The position numbers and the translations under genes are program-made. Of a stretch of 20,463 nucleotides of DNA, positions 1 through 10,800 are shown piece after piece. Under the pieces are notes generated by a model. It was not told the DNA's origin, ran no database searches, and was given only the letters and a program-made list of their open reading frames with translations. Positions within the stretch are counted from its first letter, which is position 1, and every line of letters begins with the position of its first letter. Source of the stretch: Amoebophrya sp. A120. Lineage: Eukaryota > Protista > Dinoflagellata. The stretch spans positions 6,864-27,326 of the forward strand of contig CAJINV010000037.1 in the NCBI GenBank assembly GCA_905178155.1, given 5' to 3'.

Positions 1-20
1 ATTAATATTTATATTGCTTG

Positions 21-646
21 ACTTCCGGGTTCTGTGATCACATACCCCAGACGACAGGTGACGGCGACAGGTGACGCCGAGAGGTGACGGCGACAGGCGA
101 AAGGAGAGGCCAAACGACAGGCGAAAGGAGAGGCGAAACGACAGGCGAAACGACAGGCGAAAGGAGAGGCGAAACGACAGGCGAAAGGAGAGGCGAAACG
201 ACAGGCGGCGACGACAGGCCAAAAGCGGCAATTTCTAATGCGGTTCAGCACCAGCAGCAGCAACAACAAAAAAGCAAAAAGCCATTTATTTCCGAGAAGA
301 AAAAAGCATCTCTTTTATTTTCAATATTCATGCGCAAAAAATAATTTAGTTTAGTCATAATATTCAAAACATCCATGATTTTTTTTATGATAATTATTTT
401 TTGCGTGTGAATAAAAGAGCTGCTTTTTTCTTCTCGGAAATAAAAAGGGCTCGTGGTTTTTTTGTTGCTGCTGCTGGTGCGGAACCACGTCAAATAAAAG
501 CTGGCACTGTTGGCCTGTCGCCGCCGCCTGTCCTTTCGCCTGTCGTTTTGCCTGTCGTTCTGCCTGACGCCGTCGCCTGTCGCCTCCACGTGTCGCCGCC
601 CCCTGTCGCCTGGGATGTCTGATTACAGTTACAGAGCCCGGGCGTC
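21..646. repeat. Foldback (long imperfect inverted repeat) with GACAGG-type 12-bp minisatellite arms
   Basis: 248-345 (gcaccagcagcagcaaca...tttatttccgagaagaaaaaagca...gcgcaaaaaataat) is mirrored by 392-480. The acaggcgaaa/ggagag minisatellite at 84-222 is mirrored by the cctgtcg tract at 512-610. Confidence 0.8.
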
Positions 647-792
647 TAGTCAGATTCGTTTTTTCTTCTCAGAAATAAACCATAAAGCTGCGACTTCCGC
701 TGCAGCAAAGAAGTTCGAATCTATTTCGAGCCTGTTTGCCATGCGCAAAGAGGACTTTTTGCGCAGCTCTCTATTTTTCAAAAATAGAAAAG

Positions 793-912
793 CCTTCCGG
801 GTTCTGGTAACGCATACCCCCGGACACACAGGGTGACCGCGACAGGTGACCGCGACAGGTGGCCACGAGAGGTGACCGCGACAGGTGTCTGCGGCAGGTG
901 GCCACGACAGGC
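793..912 (+). repeat. Direct copy of the foldback left end followed by a gacaggtgaccgc minisatellite
   Basis: cttccgggttctg...catacccc..gac..acagg(g)tgac occurs at both 22-75 and 794-860. Confidence 0.7.
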
Positions 913-1004
913 AAACACCCTCCCCCCACTAGCGCGCCGCGAACTAAGTCACTAGCTACGCGCGCCGCGCCTGGTGTGATGCGGGGGGCGGACGTTCCTG
1001 GCCA

Positions 1005-4000
1005 AGAATTCCTACGCCGCGTCCATCCTGCGGGAGACAGGGCAGGGGCGTAGAAATTCCATACCGCCCTGGAAAAGAAATCCGGTCCCAAGGTTGCTTT
1101 TGCGCGACACAGATCGGAGATTTCTTTCCCCGGGCGGTATGGACTTTCTACGCCGCGCCCTGCGGGCTCCACTCCAGGGTAGGGGCGTAGAAATTCCATA
1201 CCGCCCTGGAAAAGAAATCCGGCCCCAAAGTTGCTTTTGCGCAACACAGATCGGAGATTTCTTTCCCCGGGCGGTATGGACTTTCTACGCCGCGCCCTGC
1301 GGGCTCCAGGGTAGGGGCGTAGAAATTCCATACCGCCCTGGAAAAGAAATCCGGCCCCAAAGTTGCTTTTGCGCAACACAGATCGGAGATTTCTTTCCCC
1401 GGGCGGTATGGACTTTCTACGCCGCGTCCTGCGGGAGCCGGGGCAGGAGCGTAGAAATTCCATACCGTCCTGGGAAAGGAATCCGGCCCCGAAGTTGCTT
1501 TCGCGCAACACAGATCGGAGATTTCTTTTCCCGGGCGGTATGGACTTTCTACGCCGCGTCCTGCGGGAGCCAGGGAAGGGGCGTAGAAATTCCATACCGC
1601 CCTGGAAAAGAAATCCCGTCCCAAAGTTGCTTTTGCGCAACACAGATCGGAGATTTCTTTCCCCGGGCGGTATGGACTTTCTACGCCGCGTCCTGCGGGA
1701 GCCGGGGCAGGAGCGTAGAAATTCCATACCGTCCTGGGAAAGGAATCCGGCCCCGAAGTTGCTTTCGCGCAACACAGATCGGAGATTTCTTTTCCCGGGC
1801 GGTATGGACTTTCTACGCCGCGTCCTGCGGGAGCCAGGGAAGGGGCGTAGAAATTCCATACCGCCCTGGAAAAGAAATCCCGTCCCAAAGTTGCTTTTGC
1901 GCAACACAGATCGGAGATTTCTTTCCCCGGGCGGTATGGACTTTCTACGCCGCGTCCTGCGGGAGCCGGGGCAGGAGCGTAGAAATTCCATACCGTCCTG
2001 GGAAAGGAATCCGGCCCCGAAGTTGCTTTCGCGCAACACAGATCGGAGATTTCTTTTCCCGGGCGGTGTGGACTTTCTACGCCGCGTCCTGCGGGAGCCA
2101 GGGAAGGGGCGTAGAAATTCCATACCGCCCTGGAAAAGAAATCCCGTCCCAAAGTTGCTTTTGCGCAACACAGATCGGAGATTTCTTTCCCCGGGCGGTA
2201 TGGACTTTCTACGCCGCGTCCTGCGGGAGCCGGGGCAGGAGCGTAGAAATTCCATACCGTCCTGGGAAAGGAATCCGGCCCCGAAGTTGCTTTCGCGCAA
2301 CACAGATCGGAGATTTCTTTTCCCGGGCGGTATGGACTTTCTACGCCGCGTCCTGCGGGAGCCAGGGAAGGGGCGTAGAAATTCCATACCGCCCTGGAAA
2401 AGAAATCCCGTCCCAAAGTTGCTTTTGCGCAACACAGATCGGAGATTTCTTTCCCCGGGCGGTATGGACTTTCTACGCCGCGTCCTGCGGGAGCCGGGGC
2501 AGGAGCGTAGAAATTCCATACCGTCCTGGGAAAGGAATCCGGCCCCGAAGTTGCTTTCGCGCAACACAGATCGGAGATTTCTTTTCCCGGGCGGTATGGA
2601 CTTTCTACGCCGCGTCCTGCGGGAGCCAGGGAAGGGGCGTAGAAATTCCATACCGCCCTGGAAAAGAAATCCCGTCCCAAAGTTGCTTTTGCGCAACACA
2701 GATCGGAGATTTCTTTCCCCGGGCGGTATGGACTTTCTACGCCGCGTCCTGCGGGAGCCGGGGCAGGAGCGTAGAAATTCCATACCGTCCTGGGAAAGGA
2801 ATCCGGCCCCGAAGTTGCTTTCGCGCAACACAGATCGGAGATTTCTTTTCCCGGGCGGTATGGACTTTCTACGCCGCGTCCTGCGGGAGCCAGGGAAGGG
2901 GCGTAGAAATTCCATACCGCCCTGGAAAAGAAATCCCGTCCCAAAGTTGCTTTTGCGCAACACAGATCGGAGATTTCTTTCCCCGGGCGGTATGGACTTT
3001 CTACGCCGCGTCCTGCGGGAGCCGGGGCAGGAGCGTAGAAATTCCATACCGTCCTGGGAAAGGAATCCGGCCCCGAAGTTGCTTTCGCGCAACACAGATC
3101 GGAGATTTCTCTTCCCGGGCCGTATGGACTTTCCGCGCCGCGTCCTGCGGGAGCCAGGGAAGGGGCGTAGAAATTCCATACCGCCCTGCTTGCACAAGAA
3201 ATCCGGCCCCAAAGTTGCTTTTGCGCAACACAGATCGGAGATGTCTTTCCCCGGGGGGTATGGACTTTCTCCGCCGCGTCCTGCGGGAGCATGCAATGCC
3301 AAGGCAGGGGCATAGAAATTCCATACCGTCCTGGAAAAGGAGTCGAGTCCGGCCCTACAGTTGCTTTTGCGCAACACAGATCGGAGATTTCTTTCCCCGG
3401 GCAGTATGGACTTTCTACGCCGCGCCCTGGCCTGCGGGAGCCAGCCAAGGCAGAGGCGTAGAAATTCCATACCGTCCTGAAAAAGGAACCCGGCCCCACA
3501 GTTGCTTTCGCGCAACACAGATCGAGGATTTCTTTCCCCGGGCGGTATGGACTTTCTACGCCGCGCCCTGCGGGAGCCAAGGCAGGGGCGTAGAAATTCC
3601 ATACCGCCCTGGAAAAGGAATCCGATCCCAAAGCTGCTTTTGCGCAACACAGGGCAGAGATTTCTTTCCCCGGGCGGTATTGACTTTCTACGACGCGTCC
3701 TGCGGGAGCCCAGGCGAGGGTGTAGAAATTCCGCGCCGCCCTTGGAAAAGATATTCCCTCGCAAGGCTGCGATTGTGGAATACAGAGCGGGCATTTCTTT
3801 CTCCGGGCGGTATGGAATTTCTACGTCATCACCCTGGCTCCTGCATGAGGCGGTGTAGAAATTCCCTACCGTCCTGAGGACGAAGTCTCGCTCCGATCTG
3901 TATTGCACAAAAGCAATGCTGCAGTCGAGTTTCTTTTTCAGCGGCGGCTTCGAATTTCTACGCCATCGCCTTGGCTCCTGCAGGAGGCGGCGTAGAAATT

Positions 4001-4050
4001 CCATACCGCAACGAGAGGGAAGTCTCCGACCTGTGATGCACAAAGGCAGC
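1005..4050. repeat. 132-bp satellite, ~23 units, with A/B alternation (264-bp higher-order repeat); each unit is an imperfect hairpin
   Basis: gcgtagaaattccataccg recurs at 1185, 1317, 1449, 1581, 1713... (132-bp period). Variants ccgccctggaaaagaaatcccgtcccaaag and ccgtcctgggaaaggaatccggccccgaag alternate. Edge units are diverged. Confidence 0.97.
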
Positions 4051-4149
4051 TTTAACTTTGAGACCGGACTTTAACTTGAGACCGGACGTTTCGAATTGTC
4101 CGCCCCGCTGCCGAAGGAACACCCTGCGCCCGGCTGTAGCGCTTCGCGC

Positions 4150-4510
4150 ACTAAGCCACTATGCGCGCGCCTGATGTGAGGCGAGGCCGAGGGGCGGACA
4201 CTGTCCGCACTGATGCCGAACACCCTTCCCCCACTACCGCTTTGCGAACTAAGCCACTGCGCGCGCGCCTGATGTGAGGCGAGGCCGAGGGGCGGACACT
4301 GTCCGCACTGATGCCGAACACCCTTCCCCCACTACCGCTTTGCGAACTAAGCCACTGCGCGCGCGCCTGATGTGAGGCGAGGCCGAGGGGCGGACACTGT
4401 CCGCACTGATGCCGAACACCCTTCCCCCACTACCGCTTTGCGAACTAAGCCACTGCGCGCGCGCCTGATGTGAGGCGAGGGACGGACTCTGTCCGCCGCG
4501 ATGCCGAGCA
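4150..4510. repeat. 98-bp GC-rich tandem repeat, ~3.6 copies
   Basis: actaagccac at 4150, 4248, 4346, 4444. Confidence 0.95.
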
Positions 4511-4781
4511 ATGTTCTCCCACTCGCGCCACTAGGGGTGCGCACAAGGCCCCAGCGTGGGGACCCTGTCCCCACGCGTGGACCTTGTTTGTCATGCAAAA
4601 TGACCATGACCCGCCAGACGATCAAGCTGCTTCGCATGACAAATTCTCGGAGGGCTAAACAGCACTGTAGTCCGCGCCAAGCCTGTAATGCAAGACGCGC
4701 AAGATTCTCCCTCTTATCTGTGCTAGTCTTGCATTACAAATTCATGTAACAGTTGAGAATGTAACGTTTGAGAACGCCATA
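4511..4781. mobile_element. Introner-like element E1 (family D), left end degenerate
   Basis: 4586-4781 is the reverse complement of E5 (5799-6007). Right flank gagca is at 4782-4786; a candidate left copy is at 4506-4510, but the left TIR is largely missing. Confidence 0.65.
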
Positions 4782-4829
4782 GAGCAAATCTTGTCGTTGT
4801 AACACTGTTGTTTTTCTGACAGACACTGC
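4782..4829 (-). CDS. Exon (QCLSEKQQCYNDKIC)
   Basis: In frame with YGER after removal of E2. Confidence 0.75.
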
Positions 4830-7800
4830 CGCTCTATGCAAGAAAAAAACTGCGTAAGTGTAACTCTGTAATGCAAAACATGCAACAGAGTTACACCTGT
4901 CATGCCACACAGCCATGAAGTCCTTTTTTATGTGTGTTTTCCCTTACAAGCCACGCATGACAGGTTTTCTCTGTCATGTAGAGCATATTTGTGATGCTGT
5001 CAGCCAAAGAAAGTTACACTAACACAGTTTTTTTCTTGGATACGCTCCCCGTAAAACGTGATGTTGTAGATCGTGTAGTTGATCGGGTGCTGGTTGTCCC
5101 AGCTTTTCAATACCTGGTTCGAAATCGGTTCCCTAACCGACTCATTTTTCTCGTAGATCACGTAGCAGATCTTCGGGCTTGTCGTGGAGTTCCGTAGGTA
5201 CAAGAAGTTGCTCATCTGGTCCACTCTGTCTGTTGACCAAATGGAAGAGACTTTGGCGTAGAGCAGCTTCCTATGCATTGCAAAAGTATCCTATTCGTAC
5301 TCGTATAAATGCATTACAAACTTCCTCAGCATGAGAAAAAAAATTTGTAATGCTGCTACCTTAAGAACAACAAGACTTGTAATGCATGACTGCAATACGA
5401 GTGCGATACTTTTGCACAGGATACTTCCCGCCAGGCTGCACTGCGATCTCGTACGCCTGTCTTGCTTCGTCGAAGGGTCGGGTGATCAGTCCCTCCTGGT
5501 TGATGTAAGTGTAGTCATCGAAAAAGATGCATCGGAAAAGTCTCGTGTTGTATCGCAATCTGGTAAATGGAAAATCGCAATCTCGCAATGACAGGTCTGA
5601 TTCCAAGACCTGAAAACGCATGACAAATTCCATTTTTTTTCTAGCATGAAATTTCTCATGCGAAAAATTCTACTAGAAGTACTACACGATGCTTTCGCAC
5701 TGCATAAAATAGTCAATCATCCCTCCCGGAATTGTCCTTCTACTGTCCGAAAACACCGGTCCCACAATCCGGACCGGGACAGCCGGCCCTAGTGCGGATA
5801 TGGCGTTCTCAAACGTTACACTCTCAGCTGTTGCATGAATTTGTAATGCAAGACTAGCACAGGTGAGAGGGAGACCCTTGCGCGTCTTGCATTACAGGTT
5901 TTTTACTGCGGATTATTATAGTGCTGTTTAGCCCTCCGAGAATTTGTCATGCGCAGCTGCTTGCTCGTCTGGCGGGTCATGCTCATGATGGTCATTTTGC
6001 ATGACAAAGCATGTAACAGTTGAGAGTGTAACGTCTGAGAATCCCATAGCGGACCCGTAGATGTTTTGCTGAGGGTAAAACGTTTCGGACAAACAGGATT
6101 CGTAGTATGCATTGCAAACATGTCTGGGTCTGGAAGAATGCAACTTGTCATGCTAATTCTGGATAGTGCGAAAATCTGCGTTGCATGATTGCCAAAAGCT
6201 GCTCGCTTTTGACCAAGCTGAGAAGGATTTTCTCATGCCAACGAGGCATGATAGAGGTCGGACAGGATCTGTCATGCTGGGTCATGTATGACAGACCTCA
6301 CGCGTCACGGAAAACCTGCATGACAAGTCTTCCAACCTTCCAGAACCAGACATTTTTGCATTTGATACGTACCCGCGGGTGACTAGTTCGATGTAGTCCT
6401 GGTAATTCTTGTCTTTCGTCTTGTTCCACACGGTGATTTATGGATTGCAAAAGTGTCTGGGTCTGGAAGAGTGCAAAGTTTGCCATGCATGTTTGCATGA
6501 CCCACGATGCTTGTAATGCATGACTTAGCATCACAGATTTTTAGAAGGCTTCCTGATGCCTATTCGGCATGACAAATGCCCTCCCCGCGTAGCACAAACA
6601 GGATGCCTTTTGCTGGTCATGCAAACCAAATCTTTTTAGAATCCAAACACAGCATCACAAGTTGCAACCTTCCAGACCCAGACATATTTGCATTTGATAT
6701 GATCTGGTAGGACAGATCCGCGGTGAGAGTTGTGTCGTCAGAATTGTTGTCCTGTGCAAAAGTATCGCATTCGTAGTAATTGCAGTTATGCATTACAAGT
6801 TTCTTTCTTAAGGTAAATCCACATGACAAATTTTATTTCTCACGCTGAGGGAATTTGTAATGCATTTATACGAGTGCGATACTCTTGCAATGCATAATTG
6901 TAGCAAGCATCCGCCGCTGGAACACCGAGAAATTGCTCCTGAAACAGCTCAGCACTTGGTGTGGTCAACGCCAAACTGGACTCCTCCAAGGTCTTCGCGT
7001 TAATCGTTATTGCAGAGTCTAACAATGGCGGAAGGTTTTCCCGGGTTTGTTTCGACACGTACCGGGACTTTGTCATCAAATTGCTGAACCCCTTCAAATC
7101 GCCGCCCGCGATGCTGTGAATTGACCAGGCGCGGAACTGCTCGTAGTGGGTTCTTAACTCAGATTTCAACTGCTGATCGGATAATTTCTGCTGCGGTGAC
7201 TGTTGTTGCGTCGTGAGTTGCTGGAAAAACTCCATTGTGATGTTGGGGAGCTGAAGGCTGTCTAAAATCGAGTCCTGCAACGAAGATCCTGCACCCGCTT
7301 GCGCGTGCGGTTCCGCCACGAACTGGGAGTAGATCAACCAGTCCGTGTAGGGCTTGTTCGCGAAGAAGAAGTCCTGCTGGAGCGAGAAACCCTCCTTCGG
7401 GCACATCGAATAGGCCCGAATTACGTCGTTCTTCCAGCACTCGACGACGCACTCGTCGGGCGCTTTGAGTCTGATGCTGTTGTTCACGTTCGGTAAAGGT
7501 TCGTAGCAAATATCGGACAGTGGTGGTGGCATGGCGGCTGCTAGTTGTGCTGCTGCTTCCGACCGGTTGAAGGCCAGCGGGTCGGGGGTCGGGCTGGAGC
7601 CGGACCCGACGTGCGGGGCCGGGAGGTTGCTGTGCGTTGTGGAGGTTGGACATTTAGGATTTTGGTGGACACGCAGCTTATAGTAATGCTGCTCTTTCTT
7701 TTCAAATAGGGCAGGGCGCGAGCGGCGGCGGGGTGTTTATTTCATTCAAAATTCTTGTCATGCATCATCACTTCTTCGTTCATTATGGGCAGGCGCTTGG

Positions 7801-10800
7801 TTTTCCGCGGGGCTTTTCTAAAAGAGATCTAAAAGCGCGGAACTAAGCCCTCGCGCCTCGTCACGGCGTCCTGCATTGCGAGGGCCCCTAGTGGGGGGTG
7901 GGGATTCCACCAGGGGGGCGCAGCAACAGTTGATGTGGATCAAAAGGCGCGCCGGGTGCGGCGCCGCAACATACTAGATTCGCGCGCGCGCACTAATGGG
8001 GAGGGGGTTGCAGCAGAGCATCTAGTTGGACTAGGCCCGCGCAGGAAAGAGAAAAATCGAAGCACCGAGCGGGGGTGGCGCGGCTCAAGCAAAAAGCGAG
8101 CCGGCGGCCGGGCTTCGTGAAAGAACAGCAGCACAAGAGCCGCCCGCCCGCGCAGAGCTGCGGCGGCTGGCTGCTAATTTTGGGAGAAGTTGCAACAGCG
8201 TCAGCGGCTGGCTGCGGAAAAACCACAAAGCCAGAAAAACAAAAGAACCCAAACACCCCCGAGACCGAACCCCATCCCGAGACACCGACCAAGAACGCCC
8301 CCCCGCACAACCAACCCGAAGGAAGGAAGCGAGGCGAGGCAGAAGGCGCGGCGTCTCGGAATGGGGATCGATCCCGGAGGTATAAAAGTTCTTAGTACAC
8401 CGCGGCGCCAAAAGGCGCCGCGTGTCTAAAGAACTGCAGAGCAGTAAACGAAAAGCCGAAACAGGAAAAAAAAACGAAAAACGAGAAACAAAACCAAAAC
8501 AACAAAAGACGAGATCCCATCGCCATTTGGCCCAAAAGCAGTGCGGTATTAGTCTCGGTCAGCCAGCTCTGTAAAAGAAAACCGACTTTCGTTGCCCGAT
8601 CCACATGCATACATTTTTCATAGATGGGTCGAGCATACCCTGGACCCTAGTCGCTCATCGCTTTCTGCAGCACAAAATGCGACACGGTCATACTTGAATT
8701 CCATCAATGCTTCATGCACACATGGTTCTATCGCTCAGACGCGCACCTGCCTGTGAATCATTTGAGTCGCGCGGACATTGACAACAAGACAGACAGATTT
8801 GAAGGTGAAGAGTGACGTCAAAAAAGCAAAAATAAACATGAAAATAATGACGGACAGTGGTGAATAAGTGTGTAGTGCTCTTATATCAGCCAGCAGACGC
8901 ACTGATCTCTTTCTTTCTCGGTTCTACGCACTACGCTGATCTCTTCGTCAGAATCTCTTCAAGGAAAATTCATCTGATCCAGTCTGTTTCGGAAAGAAGT
9001 GTGAATCTTTTGGCTCGGAAATCTCTATATCGCAGTACCGCAGGAGAACATCAAAGTAAAGCTCTTTTTCTCGTACGTACTTCTACCGTGCAGGTTTTGA
9101 AAATACACGCTGCTAGTGCTGCTACGCCTACGCCTAACGCCGCACGACTTTGACTTACAAAACACCATTTACTAAAATCGACATTATCATACCTGAACCT
9201 CGGCGCTGCAGCGTCCCCAGCAACTCCATCCGTAGATGCGGGTACAGAATCGCCAGTAGCCGTCGTCAGCATCCGCAGCACCCTGGAACTCGAAGAACCA
9301 GTTGCGTTCGCCGCATCAGTGAAATTGCACAGCTGTGTGATGTATCAAATGCAAATGTGTCTGGGTCTGGATGAGTGCAAATGTTTGTCATGCTGCTCTT
9401 GCATGAACTAGGAGGTCTGGCATACCAGGCCTGGCATCACACGTCCTGAGAAGGTGTTCCAATGCCTAACCCGCATGACAAATCTCCTCTTTTGGAGTCA
9501 AATTTTGCGCCGCCTTTGCTGCTCATGCTTGACAGATCTGCGTATTGTCTGAAATATGCATCACAAGTTGCAATTTTCCAGACCCAGACATATTCGCAAT
9601 GCATATGATGTTCATCGTCAACTCGGCGGACAAATTCGCGGAAACCAAGCTGGTGTAGTTCAGATACACCGAGCAGTAGAAATCCTCCACCTGCTCCACC
9701 TGCGTCTTGCACCTTTCCATCCGCCACTGGTGTTCCAAATCCTTGACGCAGAATTGGTCATTCAAACCGTCCAAACTGGTTTTCAAATTGCTGTCACATA
9801 TCGGAAGAAAAAAGTGTTTACAGTTTACACATTGCGTTGCAAGAACGGCAACACAGACAACCTTTCTCATGCAGAAAATGCTTTGGATCCTCGTTTCCTT
9901 CCTGTTTTCCCTTATGATCTTTGCATTGCAAGTTTTATCTGTCGTGCAGAAAAAACTTGTGATGCTGAAGTTACAGCAAGTGTGTAACTGTATACACTTT
10001 TTTCGCGGGATATCACACTTCGACTCTTCAGTCTCAACCCCGTTCAGAACCAGATCGATTCCAAACCGCTCCTTCGTGATGGTGGTTGTCTGCTCAAAAT
10101 TGTCCGGCTCAGAGAAGTCGTAGACGCACGGAACTTCGGAAAACCAGGGGGTGGCGTTTTGTGACACCGCGTATGCATTGCAAAAGTAACGTACTAGTAG
10201 TAATTGCATTACAAATTACCTCAGCATGACAAATGAAATTCGTCATGCTGTTTTACCTTGGGATGGAGATTTGTAGTGCATGTTTGCAATCACTACGAGT
10301 ACGATGCTTTTGCGCAGGATACTGCAGTTTGTGTTGCCATTTCGGAAGAAGTATCATTGGTCTCGTTCGTGGCGTTTGATGAATCGGAAGCAGAATCGCC
10401 GGGACTATCAAACGCAAAAGTGTCTGGGTCTGGAAAGTTGCAAGATTTGTCATGCATCTCGCGAACCACACTCATGGTCTGTAATGCAGACCGAAGCATC
10501 ACGATTTTATTTTCAGACCTTCGTCATGCCTCTTCCGCATGAGAAATTCCCCTTTTGCCTACCAAGAATGGGGTAACTGTTGCCGTTCATGCAACACAGA
10601 CTTCCTCGTGATCCAGGTTTCGCATGACAGGCTTCATTCTTCCAGACCCAGACATATTTGCAATGCATAGGAGCCGCCACTTGTCGTATTCGAACCGTTC
10701 GTTGCGTTTGAACCTGTAGCTCCACTGCTATCTGGACCACCAGCAGCCCCAGTTGCGTTTGTCCCGTTCGTAGCGTTCATATCCTCGTCGAATCCGGAAG

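Noticed and set aside
771-4043. Very long ORFs (1090, 927, 827, 650 aa) on both strands
   Set aside because: These are by-products of a stop-poor 132-bp (multiple of 3) palindromic satellite. Several frames are open at once and the 44-aa repeats have no protein-like character.
1005-4050. CRISPR array
   Set aside because: The sequence between the palindromic arms is repeated, not unique; the unit is too long and there are no cas genes.
4445-4505. Terminal exon ASRRTESVPRLTSGARAVA* after E1
   Set aside because: It lies inside the 98-bp tandem repeat and E1's left end is degenerate, so the gagca match may be fortuitous.
8516-8537. Resemblance to the dinoflagellate spliced leader (cccatcgccatttggcccaaa); also tttggctcaag at 19388
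   Set aside because: The first has several mismatches, the second is only 11 nt, and both are antisense to the gene; compatible with chance.
8620-8735. Possible extra exon IEPCVHEALMEFKYDRVAFCAAESDERLGSR
   Set aside because: It is followed by a GTATGC donor-like site, but no convincing in-frame link to neighbouring exons could be established.
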